In this document: one piece after another, positions 1 through 8,671 of the stretch
Numbering within the stretch: the stretch's first letter is position 1
Layout of the letters: each line of letters begins with the position of its first letter
Origin: an uncultured Actinomycetes bacterium
GTDB taxonomy: Bacteria > Actinomycetota > Geothermincolia > Geothermincolales > RBG-13-55-18
Assembly (NCBI GenBank): GCA_937128055.1
Contig: CAKZMC010000060.1
Coordinates: forward strand, 687-64,686
Length of the DNA: 64,000 nucleotides
Direction of reading: 5' to 3'
The notes under the pieces: generated by a model
Database searches by the model: none
Told to the model about the DNA's origin: nothing
The model's input: the letters and a program-made list of their open reading frames with translations, nothing else
Translations under genes and position numbers: made by a program

Positions 1-265
1 TATATGCCTCTCCCCTCCTTTTCACCGCCAATATCTCCACCGTGCGCTCCCGGTCGTCCAAGTCGTACATGATACGGAAGTCCCCCACTCTCAAGCGATA
101 CTCCCCCAAATCGCGCAGTCGAAGCTTCACACATCCTGAGGGACGGGGGTCCCTCTCCAGGGCCGAGATGGCCGCAAACAGCCGTTCTCTTTCCGCTCTT
201 GGTAGCCCCTTTAGGACCTTGGCCACGTTTTTGGGGATGATGACCCGGTATCTCTTAGAGGCCAA
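1..265 (-). CDS. RelE/ParE-family toxin (3' end runs off the window start)
   Basis: Not in the ORF track (no stop inside the window). Minus-strand translation from TTG at about 263-265 gives LASKRYRVIIPKNVAKVLKGLPRAERERLFAAISALERDPRPSGCVKLRLRDLGEYRLRVGDFRIMYDLDDRERTVEILAVKRRGEAY, the RelE/ParE pattern. The start overlaps the stop of the upstream Phd/YefM gene, as in TA operons. Confidence 0.6.
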   Translation of the reverse strand, partial: MASKRYRVIIPKNVAKVLKGLPRAERERLFAAISALERDPRPSGCVKLRLRDLGEYRLRVGDFRIMYDLDDRERTVEILAVKRRGEAY

Positions 266-545
266 GGTGGCTCCTCAACTCTTCCAGGCCCATGGTTTCG
301 CCCTTTGCTATCTCGTGGCGGCTCCTTTTGACCATGGCCACAAGATCGGGGTCGCGCAGATCCTCGAGGAGCTCCATGAGCGCCTCGTACTCCTCCACCG
401 GTAAAAAGACGGCATCCGGTTTTCCTCTATCGGTCAGGAAAACGACGGAACCTCTGCGCCGGGCCGAGTCCAGGATTTCGGAGAGCCTCTCCCGGAACTC
501 ACGCTTGCCCACGAAGCGGTCATCGCGGTGCACCGGATATGTCAT
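255..545 (-). CDS. Phd/YefM-family antitoxin
   Basis: 96-aa ORF MTYPVHRDDRFVGKREFRERLSEILDSARRRGSVVFLTDRGKPDAVFLPVEEYEALMELLEDLRD, a typical Phd/YefM fold signature. Sits directly upstream of the RelE-like gene on the same strand. Confidence 0.85.
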   Translation of the reverse strand: MTYPVHRDDRFVGKREFRERLSEILDSARRRGSVVFLTDRGKPDAVFLPVEEYEALMELLEDLRDPDLVAMVKRSRHEIAKGETMGLEELRSHLGL

Positions 546-587
546 GGCCCACCTCCTTTCTCCGCCTGCGAGGGAATGCTAATATGA

Positions 588-609
588 ATGATAAACATAT
601 GATAAACAT
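588..609. promoter_or_regulatory. Tandem 11-bp direct repeat ATGATAAACAT x2 upstream of the antitoxin start; candidate TA operator/promoter
   Basis: Perfect tandem copy about 43 nt upstream of the Phd start, in an AT-rich patch. Phd/YefM-RelE operons are autoregulated at operators that overlap the promoter. Confidence 0.35.
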
Positions 610-1122
610 TAGAGTGGACGGGTGTCAAATCGAATTTAACGTGTCCTGGGCCTGTCGCCCCGTCATCCACTTAAGCGAGACAGGCCGCTTTCTCCTCATC
701 CCAGAGGGTATGCGCCATTGCCAGATCCCATTTCAAGAGATCAAAGGCATCGATGGATCTTTTCAGGTTCTCATCGGAGACAATACCGTCTTAGCGAGAT
801 CATGCCATAGAGTAAAGATATATATACGATCCTTGGATGCGGGGATGCTGAGATCTGACGGCGTTCAGTGGTAGGGGGAGCGGAAACCGGGGTCCATGGC
901 ATCGAAGGCGGCCGCGGCCTCCTCAGGGGGGAGGGCGTAGAGCTCGCCGTCCGGCCTCTGCAGCACGCAGCCGGAGCTGTGCAGGATCCTCGCGTTTTCC
1001 CGGGTGTCTTCCCGGTTGCCCCAGCAGACCAGCTGGCAGTTGCCGCAGGTGAGGTACTGCCTGCTCCCGTATCTCTGTTGCCGGCCCGGCGCCCGGTGGG
1101 CGCGCGGTGCGCGGCGCCCTCC

Positions 1123-2592
1123 TCACCAGGCGAGGTAGACGTCGGTGCCCTTCATCATGCCCGCGCACCCGATGACCAGTCTCCCCTCGTAGAGGGCCAT
1201 GGTCCGCACGCCGTAGTTGAGCGTGGTGGAGATGCCGTTGGGCACGCGCGAGCCCCTGCCCACCTCCACGGCCCACTCGCCGCCCCTGGTCACGGAGTAG
1301 AGATAGAAGCCGCGGTTCAGGTTGAAGGTGCCGATAAAGAGCCTTGATTCGGGGAGCTCATCCCCGCCCGGGTCCAGCGGGTAGACGATGCCCTCCCAGG
1401 CATAGTAGTTGCCGGCGTCGGTGAAGCCCTTCTCCGCCACCAGCTCCCAGTCGGCGTTGTTCCTTATCCCCGCGGGGTTCGCGGGCTTGGAGGCATAGAC
1501 GTCGAAGCCGGAGGAGAAGTTGACCGTGAGCACCCAGATCCTTCCATTGAAGGGCACCAGCTGGTGCACCCCCACGTTGCTGCCCTTGCGGATGCCGAAC
1601 TCCGCCACCCGCGACCACTTGCCCGACGCGAAGTCGTGTTTGTAGATGCTGAAGCCGAAGAGCCTCCAGGTGCCCACGAAGAGCTCCTCCTCGCCGTCCC
1701 CGTCGTCGTCGAAGAGGCACATGTCCGCCATGGCCAGCGATCCCATGTTGTAGATCCAGCCGAAGAGGCCGCTCTCCAGCTTCTGCACGCTGGTCACCAG
1801 CTCCCAGTCGACGCCGTTGGCGGTGCGCCATATCTGGCCCCCCTGGACGCGCATGGCGCCCACGTAGAGGTGATCGCCCACCGCCAGCATGCCCCTGCCG
1901 GACTCGTTGGAGGCGCCGTGGCCGAAGCCGTTGCCGATCCTGGCGCCACGGCCTACCACAATCTCCCAGTTGGCGCCGTCGAAGCTGCGCCATACCTCGA
2001 GGCCGTCCTTGAGGTTGATGGTGGTCCCGTAGATGGCAGGACCGCGGTCGGGCACGTCGTCGGGGTCGTCCCAGACCACCATGTTCCTCAAGCCCATGTT
2101 GTCGATGTCTCCCAGCCCGTTGTCCACCACGCGGGTCCAGGACTTGCCGGTGAGGCCGCCGTCATACCTCCACACCTCGGTGCCGGAGGTGGTGCCGGCC
2201 AGGAAGCCGGGGCTCAAGAAGCCCAACACCAGCTGGAAGATGCTCAGGGGCGTCCTCAGGTTCCAGGTGCCTACGTAGATCTTCCCCTTGAAATTCACCA
2301 TGGACCAGGAGTAGCGGTTGTCCGGGTTGCCGAAACCTGCCGTGTTGATGTCGCTGAAATTGCTCAGGCAAGGACCGGCTGAGGGTTCCTTGACCAGCTG
2401 CAGCGCGGCGCCGCCGCCTTGCGTCCCGGAGGTTTCGGACGGCTCGGACACGGGATCGCCTTCACCGGTTCCCCCTGCCGGCTGCTCCTCCGCCAGGGCC
2501 GGCGCCAACGCGAAGAGCGCCAGCCACAGGGCCATGGCCATCACCATCGTGAGCACGTAGAGCTTGCCTCTCCTCATTTTCTTACCCCCCAT
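1123..2592 (-). CDS. Secreted repeat protein (signal peptide, Gly/acidic linker, beta-propeller-like W-rich repeats); function unknown
   Basis: 489-aa ORF. N-terminus MGGKKMRRGKLYVLTMVMAMALWLALFALAPALA is a Sec signal. Recurring G-x-W/VW blocks (EVWRYDGG, EVWRSFDGANWEIV, QIWRTANGVDWELV, ADWELV). The internal antisense/alt-frame ORFs in the track are spurious. Confidence 0.7.
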   Translation of the reverse strand: MGGKKMRRGKLYVLTMVMAMALWLALFALAPALAEEQPAGGTGEGDPVSEPSETSGTQGGGAALQLVKEPSAGPCLSNFSDINTAGFGNPDNRYSWSMVNFKGKIYVGTWNLRTPLSIFQLVLGFLSPGFLAGTTSGTEVWRYDGGLTGKSWTRVVDNGLGDIDNMGLRNMVVWDDPDDVPDRGPAIYGTTINLKDGLEVWRSFDGANWEIVVGRGARIGNGFGHGASNESGRGMLAVGDHLYVGAMRVQGGQIWRTANGVDWELVTSVQKLESGLFGWIYNMGSLAMADMCLFDDDGDGEEELFVGTWRLFGFSIYKHDFASGKWSRVAEFGIRKGSNVGVHQLVPFNGRIWVLTVNFSSGFDVYASKPANPAGIRNNADWELVAEKGFTDAGNYYAWEGIVYPLDPGGDELPESRLFIGTFNLNRGFYLYSVTRGGEWAVEVGRGSRVPNGISTTLNYGVRTMALYEGRLVIGCAGMMKGTDVYLAW

Positions 2593-2926
2593 CGGTCAGC
2601 CTTGCCGCCCATCGACCGGGATGGGCGCCGCCACGCGAAACCTCTTTTTGGAAAGCGGTAGCGGGAGGCGTAACGGCGAAGCAGTGCGGATGCCTGGTTT
2701 ACCGGTTCCCGGAATCGCCCTTTTGAAACCGCCCGTTGCCATCTTCCCCCATGTTCTTTTGCCGGCTTTCCCCCATGCTCTGCCATCGTGACATGGATGC
2801 CGCGTCACCCTATTCCTAATACGAAGTAAAGCCGTCTGTCAACCCGGGATATTACCATGTAAACAAGTGTTAAAAAGGTTCAACAAGGGTAAACGAGATC
2901 CGGGCGGGCGGGCGGCGGTTGCGCGG

Positions 2927-3751
2927 TCAATCCTTGATATCGAAGCGGGGGCACACGGTGGAGACCTCCTTTTCCCGCGCCGCCGCCAGCGCTTCGCCCA
3001 CCGTGGCGTATTGCGAGAGCTCCCACAGGTTGGCCACCGTGGGGGGGAGCAGGGGGAAGCGCCCCTCGCGGCAGGTTTCGAGCGCCTCGCGGGGAGAGAT
3101 CCACAGGTGGGAAGAGGTCTCCGCCTCGTCGTGCAGGGGATGCTGGCCGGTCGGAGCCGGGGCCAGGAAGAAACGCGTGTCGTAGCGCATGGGCATGATC
3201 TCCGGGGTCACCCAGTGGGCGAAGTAGACCAGCCGGTCGAGGGCGAGCCGCAAGCCCTCCTCTTCTACCATTTTATGGAAGGTTATCCCTCCCGCACTCA
3301 GGCGCGAACGGAGGGCGGCGAGGCGCCCTCCTTCCTCCCCCTCGCAGGAGACGAGACCTTCCGCGCGCCCTTCCCTTGCCTCCCCGACGCGCCGGCCCGG
3401 CCCCTCGCCTCGCCCGTTGGCCTGCCTCCCCCCAGCGTTTTCGTAGGCGAGCAGGATCCCCGCCTCCTCGAAGAGCTCGCGCACCGCGGCCACGAAGAAG
3501 CCGAGGGCCCGCGGAGGAGGGAGGGAACCCCCCAGGATGTCCGCCGCCTGCCGCGGGTCCAACCCGGCGCAGTGGCGCGCGAAACCCGGGTCGCAATCCT
3601 CCTCGTCCACCATCCCTCCGGGGAACACGTACATGCCGCCCGCGAAGGCGCTGTTGGCGTGGCGCTCCACCATGAGGACCTCCAGCCCGCCCGGGCCGGG
3701 ACCTTCGCGCAGGAGCATCAGGGAAGAAGCCTCCCTGGGGACCACGGTCAT
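2927..3751 (-). CDS. NUDIX hydrolase
   Basis: NUDIX box GGMVDEEDCDPGFARHCAGLDP...AAVRELFEEAGI (G-x5-E-x7-REuxEExGu). Start set at the internal ATG (MTVVPREAS) preceded by GGAGG. The longer track ORF begins in a GC-rich Arg-run. Confidence 0.75.
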   Translation of the reverse strand: MTVVPREASSLMLLREGPGPGGLEVLMVERHANSAFAGGMYVFPGGMVDEEDCDPGFARHCAGLDPRQAADILGGSLPPPRALGFFVAAVRELFEEAGILLAYENAGGRQANGRGEGPGRRVGEAREGRAEGLVSCEGEEGGRLAALRSRLSAGGITFHKMVEEEGLRLALDRLVYFAHWVTPEIMPMRYDTRFFLAPAPTGQHPLHDEAETSSHLWISPREALETCREGRFPLLPPTVANLWELSQYATVGEALAAAREKEVSTVCPRFDIKD

Positions 3752-3948
3752 AGCGCCTCCTCGCCGAATCGCAGAGTGCCACCGCCGGTTGCCCGAGCGC
3801 CGCCGGCGCCAGCTCCCTGGCATAAGCCGGCTGCGGCGCTGAACGGTGGCGGCAGAACGCCGGCATGCAAATCATAATCTAACCCTTGGGCTCCCGCGGG
3901 TCCAGGGCTTCCCCTGCTTCCCCTGCTCTTGGGGAGCGCGTGCCGCGC

Positions 3949-4770
3949 TCAGCGCATGCGCTCGTATATCTTCAGCATGGGCTTCCCGAGCATCACGCGG
4001 TAGAGGTCGGGGGACAGCCTTTTCACGAGGTACATGAAGTGCGCCGAGGGGGTGAGGATGACCAGCGAACGCCTTTTCTTGACGGCTCTCAGGATGATGG
4101 CCGCCGCCTTGTCCGCCGCCATGCGCGGCATCACGCCGTAGGACATCCTGATGAGCTTCTCGCGGTCGTATCCCCTCACCTTGATGTGGTCCGCCATAGG
4201 GGTGCGGATGTTGCCGGGGCAGACCAGGGTCACGGAGATACCGTGCGGCCCCAGTTCATGCTGCAGGGTCTCGGTCAGTCCCACGAGGCCGAACTTGGTG
4301 GCGGAGTAGGCCGAAAGGGTCGGCATGGTCACCAGCCCTCCCAGCGATGCGATGTTCACGATATGGCCGCTCTTCCGCTCCATCATCCCGGGAAGAAAGG
4401 CTTTGATGGTGAGGATGGGTCCCCAGAGGTTCACCCCCATCAGCCACTCCCAGTCCGCGAGCGTCGTGTCCACGAAGTCCTCCCAGACGAAGACGCCGGC
4501 GTTGTTGACCAGCACGTCCGGACCGCCGAACTCCTCCCGCACCTTCGCGGCCACGGCGAAGACCTGTTCCCGGTCGGACACGTCGACGGCGTAGGGCCTG
4601 TTCCGGACCCCCAGGTCCTCGAGCAGCCCCGAGGTCTCCCCCAGCGCCGGCTCGTCGACGTCCGCCGGCAGGACCACCGCCCCTTCGCGCGCGAAAGCGA
4701 GGGCCAGTGCGCGCCCCATCCCGCTGGCGGCCCCGGTGATCAGCACCGACTTACCCCGCAGGTCATACAC
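3949..4770 (-). CDS. Short-chain dehydrogenase/reductase (SDR)
   Basis: Only the last 273 codons of the 617-aa track ORF look real: VYDLRGKSVLITGAASGMGRALA (TGxxxGxG), NNAG, S...YSATK catalytic triad. GTG start with GGAAAGGAG 8 nt upstream. The N-terminal 340 aa of the track ORF is read-through. Confidence 0.85.
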   Translation of the reverse strand: MYDLRGKSVLITGAASGMGRALALAFAREGAVVLPADVDEPALGETSGLLEDLGVRNRPYAVDVSDREQVFAVAAKVREEFGGPDVLVNNAGVFVWEDFVDTTLADWEWLMGVNLWGPILTIKAFLPGMMERKSGHIVNIASLGGLVTMPTLSAYSATKFGLVGLTETLQHELGPHGISVTLVCPGNIRTPMADHIKVRGYDREKLIRMSYGVMPRMAADKAAAIILRAVKKRRSLVILTPSAHFMYLVKRLSPDLYRVMLGKPMLKIYERMR

Positions 4771-4998
4771 GGACTTGCTCCTTTCCGGTCGCGCCGGCCG
4801 GCCTCGCGCTCCTTCACGTGTATAGTCGGCAGAAGGGCGGGTTTGTTGAGCGATGTGGTGGTGTAGCCGGCCACCAAGGAATAGTGGCATTGCCGGGGGT
4901 AAGGCACAAGGCGGAAAGGCGCGAAGCCCTTTCTCGCAGCGGGTGCCGCCGCGATCGTTTACTATATTAAAGGGAGCAAACGGCGAAGGGGAGGAGGC

Positions 4999-5862
4999 AT
5001 GCCGAGGGAAAAGGCCATCGAGGCGGAGAACATAGCCTATTCCTACGGTGACACCCAGGCGGTGGACCACATCTCCTTCCACGTGGAGGAAGGGGAGATA
5101 CTGGGCTTCCTGGGCCCCAACGGCGCCGGCAAGACCACCACCCTGAAGATGCTGGTGGGGCTCCTGACCCCTCAGGAGGGTAGGATCTCCGTCCTCGGCA
5201 AGGACATCGTGAAGGAAAAGGGCGAGATCCAGGCGCGCATAGGCGTCTGTTTCGAGGAGAAGAGCCTCTACGAGGAGATGTCCGCCGCCGCCAACCTCAA
5301 GTTCTTCGCGGCGCTCTTCGGCGTGCGGGACCTCGACGTCGCGGCCCTGCTGGAGCGGGTGGGGCTTTCGGACGCCAGGAAGGATCGCGTGGCAAATTAT
5401 TCCAAGGGGATGAAGCAGCGCCTCATGGTGGCCCGGGCGCTGGTCGGCCGGCCCCGCGTCCTCTTCCTCGACGAGCCCACCGACGGCCTGGACCCGGTGT
5501 CCTCCGAGGCCATACGCGAGGTGATCCTGGAGGAGAAGGGAAAGGGGGTCTCCGTCTTCCTCACCACCCACGACATGATGGAGGCGGACAAGCTCTCCGA
5601 CCGCGTGGTCTTCCTGAGCGAGGGCAGGATAGCCGCCTGCGACACCCCCGAGAACCTCAAGCACCGCTACGGCAAGAGGGTGCTCAAGGTGCGCTACCAC
5701 CGGGACGGGGAGCTGGCGGAGGAGGAGCTCCACCTGGAGGACGCGGACACGGGCCGGCGCGTGCAGGAGATCATCGCGACCCGCAGGGTGCTGGACATGC
5801 ATACCGAGGAGGCCACCCTGGAGGATATCTTCATCCTCTTGACGGGGAGGGGGCTGGCGTGA
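4999..5862 (+). CDS. ABC transporter ATP-binding protein (ABC-2 exporter type)
   Basis: Walker A GPNGAGKTT, signature YSKGMKQRL, Walker B VLFLDEPTDGLD, H-loop TTHDM. Confidence 0.9.
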   Translation: MPREKAIEAENIAYSYGDTQAVDHISFHVEEGEILGFLGPNGAGKTTTLKMLVGLLTPQEGRISVLGKDIVKEKGEIQARIGVCFEEKSLYEEMSAAANLKFFAALFGVRDLDVAALLERVGLSDARKDRVANYSKGMKQRLMVARALVGRPRVLFLDEPTDGLDPVSSEAIREVILEEKGKGVSVFLTTHDMMEADKLSDRVVFLSEGRIAACDTPENLKHRYGKRVLKVRYHRDGELAEEELHLEDADTGRRVQEIIATRRVLDMHTEEATLEDIFILLTGRGLA

Positions 5863-5931
5863 GCGGGGTCAGCGGCGCGTTCGAGAGGTAGGGGGCATGG
5901 GCCCGGTCCATTACATGTTATCCGGGGGACG

Positions 5932-7026
5932 GTGGGCATGAGGCGCGTTCTTCATATCGTGCGCAAGGATGCGGACCAGTACTTCCGCAACCGCTTCGTG
6001 GTGGTGATATCCGTGCTCTCCACCCTCGTCTTCGCCCTCATCTACAACCTCATGCCTTCCCGGGTGGACGAGACCGTAAAGCTGGGGCTCTACCTGCGGA
6101 CCGAGGAGGGTGGCGGGGAGGCGGCGGGCCCGGAGGCGGTGAGGCTGGCGGAAAGCCTCTCGCAGGCAGGAGAGGCCGCGCAGGGTGCGGAGGGGTTGCA
6201 GCTGGTCTGGGCGCCTTCGCCGGAGGAGCTGCGCGCGTTGGTGGAGGGGGAGGAGGTGAGCGCCGGGATCGCCCTCGACCTCTCCTCCCCGGAGCCGAAG
6301 GTCGACCTCTTCGTCACCTCGCAGGCTCCCGCGGAAATGGTGGGCGCGGCGGAGGCCATCGCGCGCGAGATGGCCTATAGCCTCGTCGGGTATGCACTGC
6401 CCGCCGACCTCGAGGCCACCGTCGTGGGGCCGGACATGGCCGGCCGGCAGGTCCCCATGCGGGACAAGCTGCGCGTGCTGCTCCTCGCCCTGGTCTTCAT
6501 CCTCGAACTCTACGGGCTGGGCAACCTGGTCATGGACGAGATCCAGCACCGCACGGCGGTGGCTCTCCTGGTCACGCCGGTGACCCTGGGGGACTTCGTG
6601 GCCGCCAAAGCCCTCACGGGCGTGGCTATCGCCTTCTCCCAGGGCCTGCTCATGGCCTTTCTCCTGGGGGCCATGTCCCGGGCGAGCTGGGCCGCCATCA
6701 TGGCCCTGCTCTTCATGGGGGCCGCACTGATGGTGGGGGTCGCCTTCATCATGGGGGCGGCAAGCCGCAACTTCGTGCACATGGCGATGATCTCCTTCAT
6801 CCCGGTGATGGTCCTGCTGGTGCCGGGGCTGGTAGTGCTGGACCCGGGCTTTTCCTCTCCCCTCATGAAGGCTATCCCCACCTATTACCTGGTGCGGCCG
6901 CTGGACGGCATCATCAATTACGGGAAAGGGGCGCTTTCATACGCCTCCTGCCTGGCCTACCTGGCGCTCTTCGCCGCGGCCTTCTTCCTGCTGGGGTCCC
7001 TGCTCATGAAGAGGAGGCTGGTATGA
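5932..7026 (+). CDS. ABC-2 family transporter permease
   Basis: 364 aa, N-terminal cytoplasmic stretch then a TM segment, a large loop, then 5 C-terminal TM helices. Follows the ATPase on the same strand. Confidence 0.8.
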   Translation: MGMRRVLHIVRKDADQYFRNRFVVVISVLSTLVFALIYNLMPSRVDETVKLGLYLRTEEGGGEAAGPEAVRLAESLSQAGEAAQGAEGLQLVWAPSPEELRALVEGEEVSAGIALDLSSPEPKVDLFVTSQAPAEMVGAAEAIAREMAYSLVGYALPADLEATVVGPDMAGRQVPMRDKLRVLLLALVFILELYGLGNLVMDEIQHRTAVALLVTPVTLGDFVAAKALTGVAIAFSQGLLMAFLLGAMSRASWAAIMALLFMGAALMVGVAFIMGAASRNFVHMAMISFIPVMVLLVPGLVVLDPGFSSPLMKAIPTYYLVRPLDGIINYGKGALSYASCLAYLALFAAAFFLLGSLLMKRRLV

Positions 7027-8096
7027 GCGCGCGCAGGGTCCTGGCCGTCATGAGGAAATGCCTCAACCCACGCAATCCCTACCTTTTCCTCGCCCTGCTG
7101 GGCCCCTTCCTGTACGTGGCGCTCTTCCAGGTCATCTTCGGCCTCTTCCGGGAGGAGCCGCGCGTGGCCGTCTATGAGGAGGGGGAAGAGGTCGTGGCGC
7201 GCCTCCTCGAGGAGACGGAGGCCGTGGAGGTCGTGCCCGCGGGCTCACGGGGGGAGGTGGAGAAAGCGGTGGAGGAGAGGAGGGCGGACCTGGGCGTGAT
7301 CCTGGGCGCGGACGTCAGGGAAAGGCTGGCGGCGGGGGAAAGGGCCGCGGTGAGCGTGTACATCGCCGGGGAGAGCCTGGCGAAGAGCCGCGCCATCGCC
7401 CTCGCGGCCCTGGCCGGCGCCTTGCGGTCGCTCACGCCGCAGACACCGCCCCTGGCCTTCGAGCTGGTGAAGCTGGGGGAAGAGAAAGCGCTCACCCTCA
7501 TGGAGATGTTCCTGCCCTTTTTCGCTATACTCATCATCATTTTGGGCGCCTACCTGCTGCCGGCCTCCTTCCTGGTCTCCGAGAAGGAGGCGCGGACCCT
7601 CACCGCGCTCCTGGTCACTCCGGCCACCCTTGCCGAGGTGCTCGTGGCCTTCGGCCTGGTGGGGATGATCATCTCGCTGGCCATGGGCGCGATCGTCCTC
7701 GCCCTCACCGTGGGCCTGGACCAGCCCCTGCTTCTTTCGGCGATATTCATCCTGGGTTCCGTGCTGGGCGCGGAGTGGGGGCTTCTCCTCGGCATGCTCT
7801 CCCGGGACCAGGCCACGCTCATGGCCTATATGAAGGGCCTGAACCTGTTCCTGATCGCGCCGGCGCTCTTCGTCATCTTCCCGAGCTGGCCCCAGTGGAT
7901 CGCCAGGGTCTTCCCCGTCTACTACATCGCCAACCCGGTCTTCCGCGTCTGCGTGTACGGGGAGGGTTGGAGGGAGGTGTGGTGGCAGGTGCTGGCCCTG
8001 GGGGGCTTCGCGGCGCTCTTCTTCCTCCCCCTGCTGGCGCTGGCGGCGAGGTCGCAGACCTCCGCCGACAGCAGGCTGCTGGGGGCGGCCGCTTAG
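7023..8096 (+). CDS. ABC-2 family transporter permease (second)
   Basis: 357 aa, same architecture as the preceding permease. ATGA start/stop overlap with it. Confidence 0.8.
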   Translation: MSARRVLAVMRKCLNPRNPYLFLALLGPFLYVALFQVIFGLFREEPRVAVYEEGEEVVARLLEETEAVEVVPAGSRGEVEKAVEERRADLGVILGADVRERLAAGERAAVSVYIAGESLAKSRAIALAALAGALRSLTPQTPPLAFELVKLGEEKALTLMEMFLPFFAILIIILGAYLLPASFLVSEKEARTLTALLVTPATLAEVLVAFGLVGMIISLAMGAIVLALTVGLDQPLLLSAIFILGSVLGAEWGLLLGMLSRDQATLMAYMKGLNLFLIAPALFVIFPSWPQWIARVFPVYYIANPVFRVCVYGEGWREVWWQVLALGGFAALFFLPLLALAARSQTSADSRLLGAAA

Positions 8097-8129
8097 CGCG
8101 GATGCCGCTCCGCGCTTGGGGGCGGGGTC

Positions 8130-8612
8130 TCACGGCCCGCCCAGGGCGGCCAGGATGTCTTCGTCCGGCGGGTACTCCGTCTGGATGCTGGCGATGAAGA
8201 TATATTTGATGATCCCCTCCCTGTCGAGGACGAAGGTGGACGGCCTGGCGATGTTGATCGATTCGAAGTTCACCTTGACGTAGACCCCGTAGTCCTTGGA
8301 GACCTGCCGCTTCTCGTCCGCGAGCACGGGGAAGGGGTAGGGATTATCTTCCAGGAATTCCCTGATGGCCTTGCGTTTCTGGGCCAGGATGACCACCGCC
8401 CGCGCGCCGCGCCTCTCCAGTTCGGGATAAAGCTCTTGTATATGACCCATATACTCCCGGCAGTGCGGTCACCAGGTGCCCCGTCCAAAATAGATCATCG
8501 CGGGCCGTCCCAGCAGCGAGGACAGCGCGAACTCCTCGCCGCTCCACGCGTCCGGCAGCCGGAAATCGGGCGCCGTGTCGCCCAACTTGAGGACCGTGCT
8601 CTCCCTGGACAT
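8130..8612 (-). CDS. Prx-like thioredoxin-fold protein (AhpC/TSA, PRX_like2-type), candidate selenoprotein with in-frame UGA at 8469-8471 (UxxC)
   Basis: The track splits it into 8130..8450 and the C-terminal 47 aa of ORF 8469..9575; the two are in frame and separated by one TGA. Joined read: MSRESTVLKLGDTAPDFRLPDAWSGEEFALSSLLGRPAMIYFGRGTW-U-PHCREYMGHIQELYPELERRGARAVVILAQ... The UGA falls where the first Cys of the F-x-R-G-x-W-C-P-x-C motif is expected. Good RBS (GGGAGGTGA) before the ATG at 8610-8612. Confidence 0.6.
8438..8454 (-). promoter_or_regulatory. Candidate bacterial SECIS hairpin (GUAUAU-GGGUC-AUAUAC) 14 nt downstream of the in-frame UGA
   Basis: mRNA reads UGA CCGCACUGCCGGGA GUAUAU GGGUC AUAUAC: a perfect 6-bp stem with a 5-nt loop containing GU, at the spacing bacterial SECIS elements use. 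The loop includes the AUG that the ORF caller took as a start. Confidence 0.45.
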
Positions 8613-8671
8613 CTTCTCACCTCCCGTGGCTTCCAACATTATAACGTTGAAAACTGTTCCGCCCCCCGCTC

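Noticed and set aside
42-404. 120-aa plus-strand ORF overlapping the toxin/antitoxin genes
   Set aside because: Antisense to two well-supported TA genes. Ser/Arg-rich, low-complexity translation typical of wrong-frame reading of GC-rich DNA.
3949-5802. 617-aa minus-strand ORF
   Set aside because: Only the last 273 codons (from GTG at 4768-4770, with RBS) form the SDR. The upstream 340 aa are read-through that overlaps the opposite-strand ABC ATPase gene.
8097-8129. Hairpins (GCGGA-TGCCGC-TCCGC) in the 33-bp gap between the permease and the Prx-like gene as a bidirectional terminator
   Set aside because: Short stems, no U-tracts, and partly overlapping the Prx stop codon. Not convincing.
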